The translations under genes and the position numbers were made by a program. A DNA stretch of 64,000 nucleotides from an uncultured Phycisphaerales bacterium (GTDB lineage: Bacteria; Planctomycetota; Phycisphaerae; Phycisphaerales; SM1A02), in contig CALKEP010000002.1 of NCBI GenBank assembly GCA_938084645.1, forward strand, positions 1-64,000, in the 5' to 3' direction. Position 1 is the first letter of the stretch. Each line of letters starts with the position of its first letter. This document shows positions 29,560-40,708 of this stretch, one piece after another. The notes beneath the pieces are model-generated. The model was not told the origin of the DNA. It saw only the letters and a program-made list of their open reading frames with translations, and did not search any database.

Positions 29560-30315
29560 ATGACCGCATCTGACGCGTTTCGGGGTATCGAGATCCGGGA
29601 CCTCCGCAAGTCCTATTCGCTCGGCGAACGCCGGGTCGAAGCGGTCCGTGGGATCGACCTGGACCTCCACGAGCCCGGGCTCTGCGCGGTGATGGGCCCC
29701 AGCGGCAGCGGCAAGTCCACGCTGCTCCACCTGATCGGCGGACTCGATCGACCGGACTCGGGAACGATCCGGGTGGGTGACGCGCGAATCGACGACATGG
29801 ATGAGAAGGGACTGACCGCGTTCCGTCGCCGCGGAATCGGCATCGTCTTCCAGCAGTTCAACCTGCTCGCATCGATGTCGGCGATCGAGAACGTGATGCT
29901 CCCCGGCGTTCTCGACGGCGGCAACGAACGCGACCTGCGGGCGCGGGCCGGCTCCCTTCTGGACGAACTCGGCCTCGGCGACCGCGTGGAGCATCGACCC
30001 GATGCGCTGTCGGGCGGTGAGCAGCAACGGGTCGCGATCGCGAGATCGCTGCTCTTCGCCCCACCGGTCCTGCTCGCCGACGAACCGACGGGCGCACTCG
30101 ACAGTGCCGCGAGCGATCGACTCTGGGGGCTGCTCGACGAGCTTGGAACCGCTCGCGAAGTCCTCGTTCTCATGGTGACCCACGAACCCGCCGCCGCGAC
30201 GCACTGCCGCCGGGTCCTCGTCCTCCAGGACGGCCGGGTCGCCGACGATTTCCAGACGAAGGGAATGGATGAGACCGAGCTGGCACATCGCGCGACACGT
30301 CCTGTCCGGGCGTAG
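29560..30315 (+). CDS. ABC ATP-binding protein (LolD/MacB-like)
   Basis: GPSGSGKS, LSGGEQQR, LLADEPTG. Confidence 0.95.
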   Translation: MTASDAFRGIEIRDLRKSYSLGERRVEAVRGIDLDLHEPGLCAVMGPSGSGKSTLLHLIGGLDRPDSGTIRVGDARIDDMDEKGLTAFRRRGIGIVFQQFNLLASMSAIENVMLPGVLDGGNERDLRARAGSLLDELGLGDRVEHRPDALSGGEQQRVAIARSLLFAPPVLLADEPTGALDSAASDRLWGLLDELGTAREVLVLMVTHEPAAATHCRRVLVLQDGRVADDFQTKGMDETELAHRATRPVRA

Positions 30316-32875
30316 GGTCCGCACCACCCTGCTGGTGATCGCGGTGGCGATGGCATCGGCCCTCGTGACCGCGGTCGCGACCGGCATGCGCACCGTGCAG
30401 GGAAGCATCGAGCACCGGATCTCCCGATCGATCGGCGCCGTCGACGCCCGAGTCGTGCACCGCTACGGCTCCCCCTTCGACGCCGAGGTGGCCGAACTCG
30501 TCCGCACCTGGCCCGGCGTGGTCGAGGCGGCGCCTCGGGTGGAGGGGGCGCTGACCCTCGCCCGCACCGACGACCGACGGGACGAGGACGGCCGACGGAT
30601 CCGACTCACCGTGCAGGCGCGGGGCGTCGAGACCGACCGCAACGCCGTGTTCGACCAGTACGACCTGCTCGAAGGACGCTTTCCGGTCAACTCCGAGGAG
30701 ATCCTGCTCGATCCGCTGACCGCCCGGCGACTCGAGGTCGGCGTGGGCGACGTGATCCGGGTCGAACGCTTCGGTCCCGCGATCGATCTGGAGATCGTGG
30801 GGATTCGCGATCGGCCGGAACTCGGCGCCCTGCAGAAGCCACGGGTCCATGTCGATCGCCGCGTGATCGAGGAGTCGTCCGGACGAACCGGCGAGGCGAG
30901 CGTGGTTTCCATCGTGCTCGAGGACGGTCTCGATGTCCCGACCTGGGTGGCGACGCACGAAGCGAACATCGAGACTCCGCTTCGGCTGGAGTCCGCGGAG
31001 CGGGCCCGCGCCGGATACGACCGGCAGGTCCGCGCCAGCCGGGTCGGCTTCCGCACCGGCACCATCGTCGCGTTCCTCGCCTGCGCGTTCATCGTCGCCA
31101 TCGGCATGACGACCGCCATCGGCGAACAGATCAGACAACTCGCGATGCTTCGGTGCATCGGGGCGAGCCGCTTCCAGCTCGCGTGCTCCCAGGCCTGCGT
31201 CGGCCTCGCGATCGGCGGCGGTGGAGGGCTGCTCGGCCCCCCCCTCGGCGTGGGGATCTCCGCGATCCTCGCGTGGTGGTACGCCGATTTCCTTCCGGGA
31301 GGACTGGTCGTTCCGCCGGAGGGCCTGCTGCTGGCGTTCCTCGGCGCCACCACGGCCGGTCTGCTCGGCGCCGCCTGGCCCGCCTGGCGAGCCGCCTCCA
31401 CCACGCCCCTCGAGGCCCTCGCCAACCGGGCTCGGCCGGTGCGGACCACCGCGATCCTGCTGTGCGGCGTCGCCGGCCTGATCCTGATCGCCTGCCAACT
31501 CCTGCTGCTCGCGATCAGCGACGCCGACCTCCGCTTCAACGTGTACGCCTTCCTCGGCCTGCCGGCCCTCCATGTCGGCTACTTCCTGCTCGCGGTCCCG
31601 GTCTTCGTCATCGTCTCCCGGCTGTTCGGGCGACTGCTGGCGCGACTCTGGCGACTCCCGCCATCCCTGGTCGCCGGCAACCTCCGCGGCGCCAGCTTCC
31701 GGCTCGGGCTGACCGCCGGCGCCCTCATGGTCGGGCTGTCGGTGCTCGTGTCCACCTGGAGCAACGGACTCGCGCTCGTCGACGACTTCGGCGAGCGGGT
31801 CCGATTCGCGGACGCCTTCGTGATGAAGACCGGCGGGCTCGGCGAGGCCGAGCAGGCCATCATCGCGAGCCTTCCGGAAGTCGCGGCGGCGAGTCCCATC
31901 GGATACCTCCCGCTCCGCGTCGCCGAATCGCAGCGCCTCGGCACCGGCGATCTCGCCCCGCCCAACGTGGTCTGCGTCGGCTTCGAGCCGGCGGAGTTCC
32001 TCGCGATGAACCGGCTCGACTGGATCGAAGGCACCGCCGAGGCGGCGATCCCCCGGCTCGAGGAAGGTGACGCGGTCCTGGTCGCCAAGGAGTTCCTGGT
32101 GGCCCGCGACCTCGGCGTCGGCGACTCCATCGCCCTCGGTGCCGAAGGCGACGAGACCACGTTCGAGATCGTCGGCGTCGTGGGTGCCGCGGGTCTCGAC
32201 ATGGCCACCGGCCTCTTCGGGATCCGAAGCGTCTACATGGAGCACGCCGTGAGCTGCGTGTTCATGGACTTCGACACCGTCGCGAACCGGTACGGCACCC
32301 GTGAAGCGTTCATCATGCAGCTCGACCTCGATCTTCCCGCCGATGCGGAGGCCGCCGACGCGGCGGAGGAACGACTCGGCGACGTCCTGCGAGAACGCAT
32401 CCCCGGCGCGATCTTCGCGAGCGGACGCGGTATCAAGGCCCTCGTCGAGGACATCGGGGCGCGGATCCTCAGCGTCACGGCGGCGATCGCGATGGCGGCC
32501 TTGCTGCTCGCCTGCCTCGGCGTCGGGAACGTCGTCGCCGCCGGCATCACCGCCCGGGGGTTCGAGTTCGGAGTGATCCGCGCCGTGGGCGGCGCACCCG
32601 AGGTCGCCCCGCGGCTGGTGCTCGCCGAGATCACCGCGACCGCGATCGCGGCGATCGTGGTCGGGGTCGGCCTGGGAATCCACCTCGCGTGGATGGGCGT
32701 CGGTCTCTACCGGGATCTCGCCGGACTGCAACTGGGGCTCTCGATACCCGTCATCCCCACCATCGTCGGCGCCCTGTTCGTTCTGGCCGCCGCGCTCGTC
32801 GCGGCCCTGCCGGCGAGTCTCGCCCTTCGAAGTCGATCGCCACGGGCGTTGCTCGCCGGTGGCCGCGGCGGATGA
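30269..32875 (+). CDS. FtsX/MacB-like ABC permease (duplicated)
   Basis: Two periplasmic-plus-TM modules with LAMLRCIGA and FGVIRAVG motifs. Confidence 0.88.
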   Translation: MRPSWHIARHVLSGRRVRTTLLVIAVAMASALVTAVATGMRTVQGSIEHRISRSIGAVDARVVHRYGSPFDAEVAELVRTWPGVVEAAPRVEGALTLARTDDRRDEDGRRIRLTVQARGVETDRNAVFDQYDLLEGRFPVNSEEILLDPLTARRLEVGVGDVIRVERFGPAIDLEIVGIRDRPELGALQKPRVHVDRRVIEESSGRTGEASVVSIVLEDGLDVPTWVATHEANIETPLRLESAERARAGYDRQVRASRVGFRTGTIVAFLACAFIVAIGMTTAIGEQIRQLAMLRCIGASRFQLACSQACVGLAIGGGGGLLGPPLGVGISAILAWWYADFLPGGLVVPPEGLLLAFLGATTAGLLGAAWPAWRAASTTPLEALANRARPVRTTAILLCGVAGLILIACQLLLLAISDADLRFNVYAFLGLPALHVGYFLLAVPVFVIVSRLFGRLLARLWRLPPSLVAGNLRGASFRLGLTAGALMVGLSVLVSTWSNGLALVDDFGERVRFADAFVMKTGGLGEAEQAIIASLPEVAAASPIGYLPLRVAESQRLGTGDLAPPNVVCVGFEPAEFLAMNRLDWIEGTAEAAIPRLEEGDAVLVAKEFLVARDLGVGDSIALGAEGDETTFEIVGVVGAAGLDMATGLFGIRSVYMEHAVSCVFMDFDTVANRYGTREAFIMQLDLDLPADAEAADAAEERLGDVLRERIPGAIFASGRGIKALVEDIGARILSVTAAIAMAALLLACLGVGNVVAAGITARGFEFGVIRAVGGAPEVAPRLVLAEITATAIAAIVVGVGLGIHLAWMGVGLYRDLAGLQLGLSIPVIPTIVGALFVLAAALVAALPASLALRSRSPRALLAGGRGG

Positions 32876-32916
32876 CGCGGCTGACGATGGTCTCCCGAAC
32901 GGCCTAGCATGTCCGC

Positions 32917-35046
32917 GTGTCCAGACCCTTCGAGTTGAAGAGCGAGTTCTCCCCCACCGGCGACCAGCCGGAGGCGATCGATCAACTCGTGGCCGGAATC
33001 CGGGAAGGACGACGCAAGCAGGTCCTGCTCGGCGCCACCGGCACCGGCAAGACCTTCACCATGGCCAACGTGATCGAACGCGTGGGCCGGCCCACGCTGG
33101 TCATCAGCCACAACAAGACGCTCGCAGCCCAGTTGTTCGAGGAACTCCGCGAACTCTTCCCGGAGAACGCGGTCTCGTACTTCGTCTCCTACTACGACTA
33201 CTACCAGCCCGAGGCGTACATCCCGGCCCGGGACATCTACATCGAGAAGGACGCCTCGCGAAACGACGATCTCGATCGGCTTCGACTCGCCGCGACCAGC
33301 AGCCTGCTCAGCCGGCGGGACGTGATCGTGGTCGCGAGCGTCTCGTGCCTCTACGGGCTGGGGTCGCCGGCGGAGTACGCCAAGAAGACGGTCATGATCG
33401 AGAAGGGACGGCCCATCGATCGCCGGAAGTTCCTTCTGGCCCTCGCCGACATGCAGTACGTCCGCAACGAAGTCGACCCGGTCCGGGGCCAGTACCGGGT
33501 CAAGGGCGACTGCATCGAGGTCTATCCGGCCTACGAGGAATTCGCGATCCGCATCGATCTCTGGGGAGACGAGGTGGAGTCGCTCCAGCTCTTCGATCCG
33601 CTCACCGGGGAGCAGCTGGCGGAGGAGCAGCGGGTGTTCGTCTTTCCCGCGGTCCACTACGTCATGCCCGAGGATCACAAGGCATCGGCGATCGCCTCGA
33701 TTCGGACCGAACTCGCGGAACGGGTCGAGGATCTCAAGGAGGAGGGCAAGCTGCTCGAGGCCCAGCGCCTCCTCGGGCGGACGCGCTACGACCTCGAGAT
33801 GATCGAGGAGGTCGGCTACTGCTCGGGGGTGGAGAACTACGCCCGGCACTTCGACGGCCGACTTCCCGGTGTCCGATCGTTCTGCCTGCTCGACTACTTC
33901 CGCCACGGATTCGCGGGTGAGACCAGCGGCGCGGGGGGCGACGATCCCGACGACTGGCTGGTGCTGATCGACGAGAGTCACGTCACCCTGCCCCAGGTCC
34001 GCGGCATGTACTTCGGCGACCGCGCCCGGAAGCAGACGCTCGTCGACCACGGCTTCCGACTCCCGAGCGCGATGGACAACCGTCCGCTCAAGTTCGAGGA
34101 GTTCGAGGAGCTCGCGCCGCAGACGGTCTACGTCTCCGCGACCCCGAGTCCCTATGAACTCGAGGAGGCGGAGGGACTCGTGGTCGAACAGGTGATCCGC
34201 CCCACCGGACTCGTCGATCCCCCCATCGAACTCCGACCCGCCCGCGGGCAGGTCCAGGATCTGCTGGAGCTCTGCCAGGAACGGGCGGGACGCGGGGAGC
34301 GGGTGCTCGTGACCGCGCTCACGAAGCGGCTGTGCGAGGAACTCACCGACTGGCTCGACCGCCAGGGCGTTCGGGTCCGCTACCTGCACTCCGAGATCGA
34401 CACCCTCGAACGACTCGAGATCCTCGCCGAGCTCCGGGAAGGGACGTTCGACGTGCTGGTCGGCGTCAACCTCCTGCGCGAAGGCCTCGATCTGCCCGAG
34501 GTCTCGCTGGTGTGCATCCTCGATGCGGACAAGCAGGGCTTCCTGCGATCGACCTCGAGCCTGATCCAGACCATGGGGCGGGCGGCTCGAAACGCGAACT
34601 CCCGGGCGATCATGTTCGCCGACAAGGTCACCCCGGAGATGCAGGCCGCGATCGACGAAGTCGAACGCCGACGCGCCAAGCAGCTCGAGCACAACGAGCT
34701 GCACGGCATCACCCCCACGACGATCCAGAAGGCCATTCGCCGGGGCATGGAGCGCGAGCTCGCGGCCGCGAAGACCGCTCGGAAGGCCATCGGCGAGGAC
34801 GTCAACGCCGAGACCTACGGTCGGGACGAGCTGGTGACGATGCTCGAAGAGTCCATGCTCGAGGCCGCCCGTGGTCTCGAGTTCGAGAAGGCCGCCGATC
34901 TTCGAGACCGGATCAACCGGCTCAAGGCCCTGCCCGAGGGCGGTGAACTGACCCTCGAGGAGGCCGGTGCCTCCCGAACCGCGGCGGGAAAGGCGGGATC
35001 GAACGCGGGGAAGAGTCGCGGCCGCAAGGGGCGTGGCCGGAAGTGA
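32917..35046 (+). CDS. uvrB: Excinuclease ABC subunit B
   Basis: GATGTGKT, FVSYYDYYQPEAY, DESH, GRAARN, UVR domain. Confidence 0.98.
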   Translation: MSRPFELKSEFSPTGDQPEAIDQLVAGIREGRRKQVLLGATGTGKTFTMANVIERVGRPTLVISHNKTLAAQLFEELRELFPENAVSYFVSYYDYYQPEAYIPARDIYIEKDASRNDDLDRLRLAATSSLLSRRDVIVVASVSCLYGLGSPAEYAKKTVMIEKGRPIDRRKFLLALADMQYVRNEVDPVRGQYRVKGDCIEVYPAYEEFAIRIDLWGDEVESLQLFDPLTGEQLAEEQRVFVFPAVHYVMPEDHKASAIASIRTELAERVEDLKEEGKLLEAQRLLGRTRYDLEMIEEVGYCSGVENYARHFDGRLPGVRSFCLLDYFRHGFAGETSGAGGDDPDDWLVLIDESHVTLPQVRGMYFGDRARKQTLVDHGFRLPSAMDNRPLKFEEFEELAPQTVYVSATPSPYELEEAEGLVVEQVIRPTGLVDPPIELRPARGQVQDLLELCQERAGRGERVLVTALTKRLCEELTDWLDRQGVRVRYLHSEIDTLERLEILAELREGTFDVLVGVNLLREGLDLPEVSLVCILDADKQGFLRSTSSLIQTMGRAARNANSRAIMFADKVTPEMQAAIDEVERRRAKQLEHNELHGITPTTIQKAIRRGMERELAAAKTARKAIGEDVNAETYGRDELVTMLEESMLEAARGLEFEKAADLRDRINRLKALPEGGELTLEEAGASRTAAGKAGSNAGKSRGRKGRGRK

Positions 35047-35102
35047 CCCCTCGCGATCAGGCTTCGTCTTTGTGAAGGTGTCCCCCCGGTGCGGCATGGT
35101 CC

Positions 35103-35133
35103 AAAAACAGAAAACGCCGCGTCGTGCGGCATC
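35103..35133 (-). terminator. Probable terminator of the small basic ORF
   Basis: Minus strand gatgccgc-acgac-gcggcgtt (G.U pairs) followed by ttctgttttt. Confidence 0.6.
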
Positions 35134-35167
35134 GGGTCAGGGTTCTGGGGGATGTCGTGGTGATCGG

Positions 35168-35332
35168 CTAGCGGGGGCTTCGGCTCTTCACCGTCGTGCC
35201 TCGAAGCCGCATCCCGCCGGATGCATTCTGAAGGACTCGACGGGAGTCGATGCGGATCCAGGCCTTCCCACCGGCGACCCGCGGCGTGGTCTTGGTGGTT
35301 CGTAGATTGGGATTCGTCACCACTCGGGGCAT
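35168..35332 (-). CDS. 54-aa basic hypothetical protein (not in the ORF track)
   Basis: MPRVVTNPNLRTTKTTPRVAGGKAWIRIDSRRVLQNASGGMRLRGTTVKSRSPR*; GGAG SD 8 nt upstream; own terminator. Confidence 0.55.
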   Translation of the reverse strand: MPRVVTNPNLRTTKTTPRVAGGKAWIRIDSRRVLQNASGGMRLRGTTVKSRSPR

Positions 35333-35547
35333 GAATCGATCTCCGGATCGCCGGGGCCCCCACGGGGGCGTGGCGTGTTGCTTCTACTATTCGTCAAATT
35401 CTCCGACTTGTGCCCGTCGTTTTGGGAATTTCTCCAATCTTCCGGGGTCGCCACGTCGGGTACCGGATCGGAATCGAAGACGCGTCAGGTTTCCGGACCG
35501 CTTCGAAGCACGGAGCCGACTGCTTCCTCTCTTACACTTGGTGTCCC

Positions 35548-38500
35548 ATGACCTCCTCGCCCACCTCCGCCGCCCATTCGATCCAGATCCGGGGCGCTCG
35601 GGAGCACAATCTCAAAGACCTCGACCTCCGTATTCCCCGAGACCGCCTCGTGGTGATGACCGGGGTCTCGGGTTCGGGCAAGAGTTCCCTCGCCTTCGAC
35701 ACCATCTTCGCGGAGGGACAGCGGAAGTACATGGAGTCCCTGTCCGCGTATGCGAGGCAGTTCCTCGATCAGATGCGAAAGCCGGATCTGGAGTCGATCG
35801 ACGGACTCCCCCCCACCATCGCGATCGAGCAGCGTGGCGGCGGTCACACGCCACGATCCACCGTGGCCACCACCACCGAGATCTACGACTACCTCAGACT
35901 TCTCTATGCCCGAGCGGGGCGGCCGACGTGCTGGCACGAGGATGATGGCGGCGGGATCTGCGGAAATCCGATCACGGCGACCAACCCGAGCCAGATCGTC
36001 GAACTGCTGCTCGAGAGATGGTCCGGGGCGCGGGCGATGATCTGCGGCCCGGTGGTCCGGGGCCGGAAGGGATACCACCGCGAGATCGCGGAAGGGCTCC
36101 AACGCCAGGGCTTCGTTCGAGCCCGGGTCAACGGTGAGATCCGGGATCTGCGGGAGGTCCTCAAGGAGGAGGGCGAGAATCCGCTCGAACTGGCCCGCTA
36201 CGAGATGCATGACATCGAGGCGGTGGTCGACCGCGTCAAGCTCGACGTCGAGGGCCGCCAACGCCTCGCGGAGAGCGTCGAGGCCGCATTCAAGATCGGC
36301 ACCGGCTCCCTCCTCGTGCTGGTGGAGGAGGACGGCGCCTGGACGGAGCATCGATTCAGCGAACACTTCGCCTGCCCCGACCATCCCGAGTGTTCGATCG
36401 AGGAACTCGCTCCCCGGCTCTTCTCGTTCAACTCCCCCCACGGGGCGTGCAAGGCCTGCGCGGGCCTGGGAACCGTCAACGAGTTCGACGAGTCGCTGGT
36501 GGTGCCGGATCCGACCCGATCCCTCAAGGAAGGCGCGATCGAACCGTGGCGGAAGAACGGCCGCCGCATGAACATCTACTACGGTCGCCTCCTTCGGAAG
36601 TTCATGGAGGCGTTCGACGTCGATCCGAAGGCACCGGTCTCGAAGATGCCCGCCGCGACCATGCGATTCCTCCTGCACGGCGTGCCCGAGGAACTGGTCG
36701 CCGAAACCGGCCTCAAGTTCGAAGGCGTCCTGCCGAACCTCCGTCGCCGCTACGAGACCAGCGACAGCCAGTTCGTGCGGGAACGCATGCACGGCTACAT
36801 GACGGCGTCGAAGTGCGGGGAATGCGGCGGGTCAAGACTGCAGCCGGCCGCCCGGGCGGTGAAGATCGACGGTGCCCGCGAGACCCTCGACATCTCCGAA
36901 GTGACGCACCTCACGATCGAACGGGCCGTGGAGTTCTTCGAAGACCTCGTGCTCGGAGTCGAAGGCGAGGCGATCGCGAAACCGATCCTCCGCGAGGTTC
37001 GTTCCCGCCTCGGCTTCCTTCGCTCGGTCGGGCTGGACTACCTGACCCTCGACCGATCCAGCGGGACGCTTTCCGGTGGCGAGGCCCAGCGGATCCGGCT
37101 CGCGACCCAGGTCGGCTCGGGACTGGTCGGCGTCTGCTACGTCCTCGACGAACCCACCATCGGTCTGCACCAGCGGGACAACGACCGGCTGATCGCGACC
37201 CTTCGGCACCTGACGGACATCGGCAACACCGTGCTGGTGGTCGAGCACGACGAAGACGTCATCCGACACGCCGACCACGTGGTCGACATCGGCCCCGGCC
37301 CCGGGCTGCACGGTGGACGGGTGGTCGCCCAGGGCACTCCTGCGGAGCTCGAGGCGTCGGAGGACTCGCTGACCGGCGCCTACCTGTCGGGACGACGCCG
37401 GATCGAGATCCCCGAGGCGCGGCGATCGCTCGATGTCCGGAACTCGGTCGTCGTGAAGGGCGCCGCCGCGAACAACCTCAAGAGCGTCGACGCCACCTTC
37501 CCGCTGGGGGGGATCGTCTGCGTCACCGGCGTGTCCGGGAGCGGCAAGAGTTCCCTCGTCAACGAAGTCCTGCTCAAGGCCGCGATGCGGACCGTCACCG
37601 GCACCAAGGTCGTCCCGGGTCCGCACACGCGGATCAACGGACTCCAGCGGATCGACCGCGTGGTCGACGTCGATCAGTCGCCGATCGGAAGAACCCCTCG
37701 ATCCAATCCCGCGACCTACACCGGGATCTTCGATCAGATCAGGAAACTGTTCTGCATGACCAACGAGGCGAAGATTCGCGGCTACCAGCCCGGGCGCTTC
37801 AGCTTCAACGTCAAGGGCGGTCGATGCGAGGAATGCCAGGGCCAGGGCGTGCGTCGGATCGAGATGCACTTCCTTCCCGACGTCTTCGTGGAGTGCGAGG
37901 CATGCCGGGGGCGGCGATACAACCGGGAGACCCTCGAAGTCCGTTATCGAGGAAAGAACATCGCCGACGTGCTCGATCTGACCGTGGAGGATGCCGTGGA
38001 GTTCTTCGAGGCGCACCCTCGGATCCACCGGATGCTCACCTGCATCCGCGACGTCGGTCTCGACTACATGAAGCTCGGGCAGGCGAGCACCACGCTCTCC
38101 GGCGGCGAGGCCCAGCGGGTGAAGCTGGCGAGTGAACTCGGCAGCCGGCCCACCGGGCACACGCTCTACATCCTCGATGAACCCACCACGGGCCTGCACT
38201 TCGACGATGTCCGAAAGCTGCTCGACGTGCTCCAGCGACTCGCCGACGCCGGGAACACCCTCGTGGTCATCGAGCACAACCTCGAAGTCATCAAGTGCGC
38301 CGATCTGATCCTCGATCTCGGACCGGAGGGCGGCGATCGCGGCGGAGAGGTGGTGGCCACGGGCACCCCCGAAGAGCTCGCGACGATGGACCACAGTCAC
38401 ACCGGAAGGTGGCTGCGGACCGTGCTTCCGGAATTCGAACACGAGCGCGTCGCCATCCGCAAGGCTGAAGCCGACCGCCCCGCCGCCCCGAGCGGCGGCC

Positions 38501-38709
38501 GGAAGAAGAATCCCACCGCCTCGAGTGCGGTCGGAAAGACGAAGAAGGCGGGAAGCCGCAAGAAGCCCTCGACGAAGAAGGTGAACGCCGCGAAGGCCGC
38601 GACGAAGAAGAAGAGCACCGCCGGAACCGCGACGAAGAAGAAGACCACGAAGAAGAAGGCGACGACCAAGAAGAGGACGAAGTCGGCGCGGAAGCCCGCG
38701 ACCCGGTGA
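35548..38709 (+). CDS. uvrA: Excinuclease ABC subunit A with Lys-rich C-terminal tail
   Basis: Two GVSGSGKSS Walker A motifs, two LSGGEAQR signatures, Zn-finger CxxC motifs. Confidence 0.98.
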   Translation: MTSSPTSAAHSIQIRGAREHNLKDLDLRIPRDRLVVMTGVSGSGKSSLAFDTIFAEGQRKYMESLSAYARQFLDQMRKPDLESIDGLPPTIAIEQRGGGHTPRSTVATTTEIYDYLRLLYARAGRPTCWHEDDGGGICGNPITATNPSQIVELLLERWSGARAMICGPVVRGRKGYHREIAEGLQRQGFVRARVNGEIRDLREVLKEEGENPLELARYEMHDIEAVVDRVKLDVEGRQRLAESVEAAFKIGTGSLLVLVEEDGAWTEHRFSEHFACPDHPECSIEELAPRLFSFNSPHGACKACAGLGTVNEFDESLVVPDPTRSLKEGAIEPWRKNGRRMNIYYGRLLRKFMEAFDVDPKAPVSKMPAATMRFLLHGVPEELVAETGLKFEGVLPNLRRRYETSDSQFVRERMHGYMTASKCGECGGSRLQPAARAVKIDGARETLDISEVTHLTIERAVEFFEDLVLGVEGEAIAKPILREVRSRLGFLRSVGLDYLTLDRSSGTLSGGEAQRIRLATQVGSGLVGVCYVLDEPTIGLHQRDNDRLIATLRHLTDIGNTVLVVEHDEDVIRHADHVVDIGPGPGLHGGRVVAQGTPAELEASEDSLTGAYLSGRRRIEIPEARRSLDVRNSVVVKGAAANNLKSVDATFPLGGIVCVTGVSGSGKSSLVNEVLLKAAMRTVTGTKVVPGPHTRINGLQRIDRVVDVDQSPIGRTPRSNPATYTGIFDQIRKLFCMTNEAKIRGYQPGRFSFNVKGGRCEECQGQGVRRIEMHFLPDVFVECEACRGRRYNRETLEVRYRGKNIADVLDLTVEDAVEFFEAHPRIHRMLTCIRDVGLDYMKLGQASTTLSGGEAQRVKLASELGSRPTGHTLYILDEPTTGLHFDDVRKLLDVLQRLADAGNTLVVIEHNLEVIKCADLILDLGPEGGDRGGEVVATGTPEELATMDHSHTGRWLRTVLPEFEHERVAIRKAEADRPAAPSGGRKKNPTASSAVGKTKKAGSRKKPSTKKVNAAKAATKKKSTAGTATKKKTTKKKATTKKRTKSARKPATR

Positions 38710-40304
38710 AGTACGCCACGACCATCGCGGTGGCGATCGTCGCGGGCATCGCCGTCGCGCTCGTCGTACGGTCGGAACTGGCCACCCGGGCCCGGGAATC
38801 GGCCCTCCTCGACGCGATCACCGCCGAGGACCCGGACCTTCGAAGATCCGGCTGGGCGGCGATTCCCGAAGAAAGCGACATCGAGCGACGCACCGGAATC
38901 GTCGAACGGATGCGGACCGCCGGGCCCGGCGCCCAGGCCGATGCGGGCCGCGCGTTCCTCGATCGAGGGTGGCGTCCCGACCTCGAAACGGATCGAATCG
39001 AACTCGCGACCGCGGCCGCCCGAGCCGGTGATTCCGCCCCCTTGCTCGTCTGGTTCGATGCCGCGTGGACCTCGGACCCCGGTGCGCTGGAACGATGGTC
39101 CGACGGACTGGCGACGGTGCTCGACGACGCCGGTTCGACGCCGTGGAGTGTCTCGGATCGGTTCCTCGATCGGCTGTTCGAATCACCCACGGACGGACGA
39201 CTCGAGGCGATCGAGCGATGGCGATGGGATCGGAACGCGACGAGATCCACCCGGGTCGACGCGGCCCTCGATCTGACGCTCGGCCTCCACGGCAGAACCC
39301 CACGTACCGTCACCGACGACGCCACCGCGATGCAGGCCGTGCTCGCCCGGAACCTCGACGACGATCCAGCCGGCGACGAGTCGCTCGCCCTCGTCCCGGC
39401 CTGGCTGCTCGCGACCCGGGCGGATCGACGCAGCCGCACGACGCTCGAATCGCGGTCCGCCGCGGGCGACGACGCGGCCCGACTCGCCCTCGCCCTCCAG
39501 GACCCGGAGGCGGTTCGGCGCGTGAACCGGGCGGTCCTCCTCGACGAGGACGAACTCATCGATCGACGACTGATCGCCGCGGGACGACTCGCCTCGCTCG
39601 GCCCGCTCGACGCACGCGACGAAGCGACGATCCGGTCGCTCCTCGAGACGAACCCCGCCGACACGAGGGGGACGGTCCACGCCGCCGCCATGATCGCGCA
39701 TCGCTCGTTCGACGAGGCGACCCGAGCCGATCTTCGACGCCGTTGGTCGACGTCCGAGGCGGCGGCGCCACGTCGCGCCGCGATCCTTCTCGCCGCGCTC
39801 GAGGTGACCACCGGTGACCTCGACCCCGGTTCGGAAGCGATCGCGACCGTCCGGTCCGCCGCCGAGGATCCGGCGGTGGAACCCGCAGTCCGCAGGATCG
39901 CTCGACTCGGCCTCCGAGCGATGGACGCCTGGTCCGTCGACGAGCTGGATCCCGCGGACTACGCGGCCCGGACCGCCCACCTCCCCGACGGCGGGCTCGA
40001 TCCCGATGCGGTGATGCTGGGAATCCTCGCGGCCGACGCGGACGTGCTCCGACGCCTCACCACCCCGCCCGACCTTCCCGACGGACCGCTCGACGAGTCG
40101 ACGACCCGGGCCTGGGCGGCCGAGATCGCCTGGCGGGTCAACCTGGTTCGCGGCCTCCGACCCGAATGGTGGAGAACCGCGGGCGAACCCGTCCCGGACT
40201 CGATCCGGAGCCTCCGACGCTGGATCGACCTTCTCGACGCCTGCCGACGGTACGACCTTGGATTTGCGACCACCGACCGCCCCGGGGAGGATGAACGTCC
40301 ATGA
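38706..40304 (+). CDS. Hypothetical protein, N-terminal TM anchor, probably helical-repeat
   Basis: GTGA and ATGA overlaps at both ends; Ala/Arg-rich helical sequence. Confidence 0.65.
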   Translation: MKYATTIAVAIVAGIAVALVVRSELATRARESALLDAITAEDPDLRRSGWAAIPEESDIERRTGIVERMRTAGPGAQADAGRAFLDRGWRPDLETDRIELATAAARAGDSAPLLVWFDAAWTSDPGALERWSDGLATVLDDAGSTPWSVSDRFLDRLFESPTDGRLEAIERWRWDRNATRSTRVDAALDLTLGLHGRTPRTVTDDATAMQAVLARNLDDDPAGDESLALVPAWLLATRADRRSRTTLESRSAAGDDAARLALALQDPEAVRRVNRAVLLDEDELIDRRLIAAGRLASLGPLDARDEATIRSLLETNPADTRGTVHAAAMIAHRSFDEATRADLRRRWSTSEAAAPRRAAILLAALEVTTGDLDPGSEAIATVRSAAEDPAVEPAVRRIARLGLRAMDAWSVDELDPADYAARTAHLPDGGLDPDAVMLGILAADADVLRRLTTPPDLPDGPLDESTTRAWAAEIAWRVNLVRGLRPEWWRTAGEPVPDSIRSLRRWIDLLDACRRYDLGFATTDRPGEDERP

Positions 40305-40708
40305 CCCGAGACGACCCGAATCGATTCCGAACCTCGCTCCGTTCGCTGATGATGCCTGCGGACACCAACCATCAGGGCACGGTGTTCGGCGGGGTCATCC
40401 TGAGCAGCATCGACCAGGCGGGCTACCTCGAGGCGCGTCGCCACGGGATGCACCGATGGGTGACCGCCTCGATGGACCGCGTGCAGTTTCTCGCGCCGGT
40501 CTTCACCGGCGACGTCGTCTCCTTCGGAACCCGGACCGTCGAGACCGGCACCTCCTCGGTGACCGTCGAAGTCCTCGTGGAGGCGGAGCGATACGCGACC
40601 GGCGATCTCGTGAAGGTCACCGAAGCGCGGCTGACGATGGTCTCGGTCAATGCCGCCGGCCGCGCGATTCCCTTCGATGCACCACCGTCGCAGGGGGATC
40701 CCTCGTGA
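40301..40708 (+). CDS. Acyl-CoA thioesterase (hotdog fold)
   Basis: PADTNHQGTVFGG..ID, VTAS, F..PV..GD, GTSS. Confidence 0.92.
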   Translation: MTRDDPNRFRTSLRSLMMPADTNHQGTVFGGVILSSIDQAGYLEARRHGMHRWVTASMDRVQFLAPVFTGDVVSFGTRTVETGTSSVTVEVLVEAERYATGDLVKVTEARLTMVSVNAAGRAIPFDAPPSQGDPS

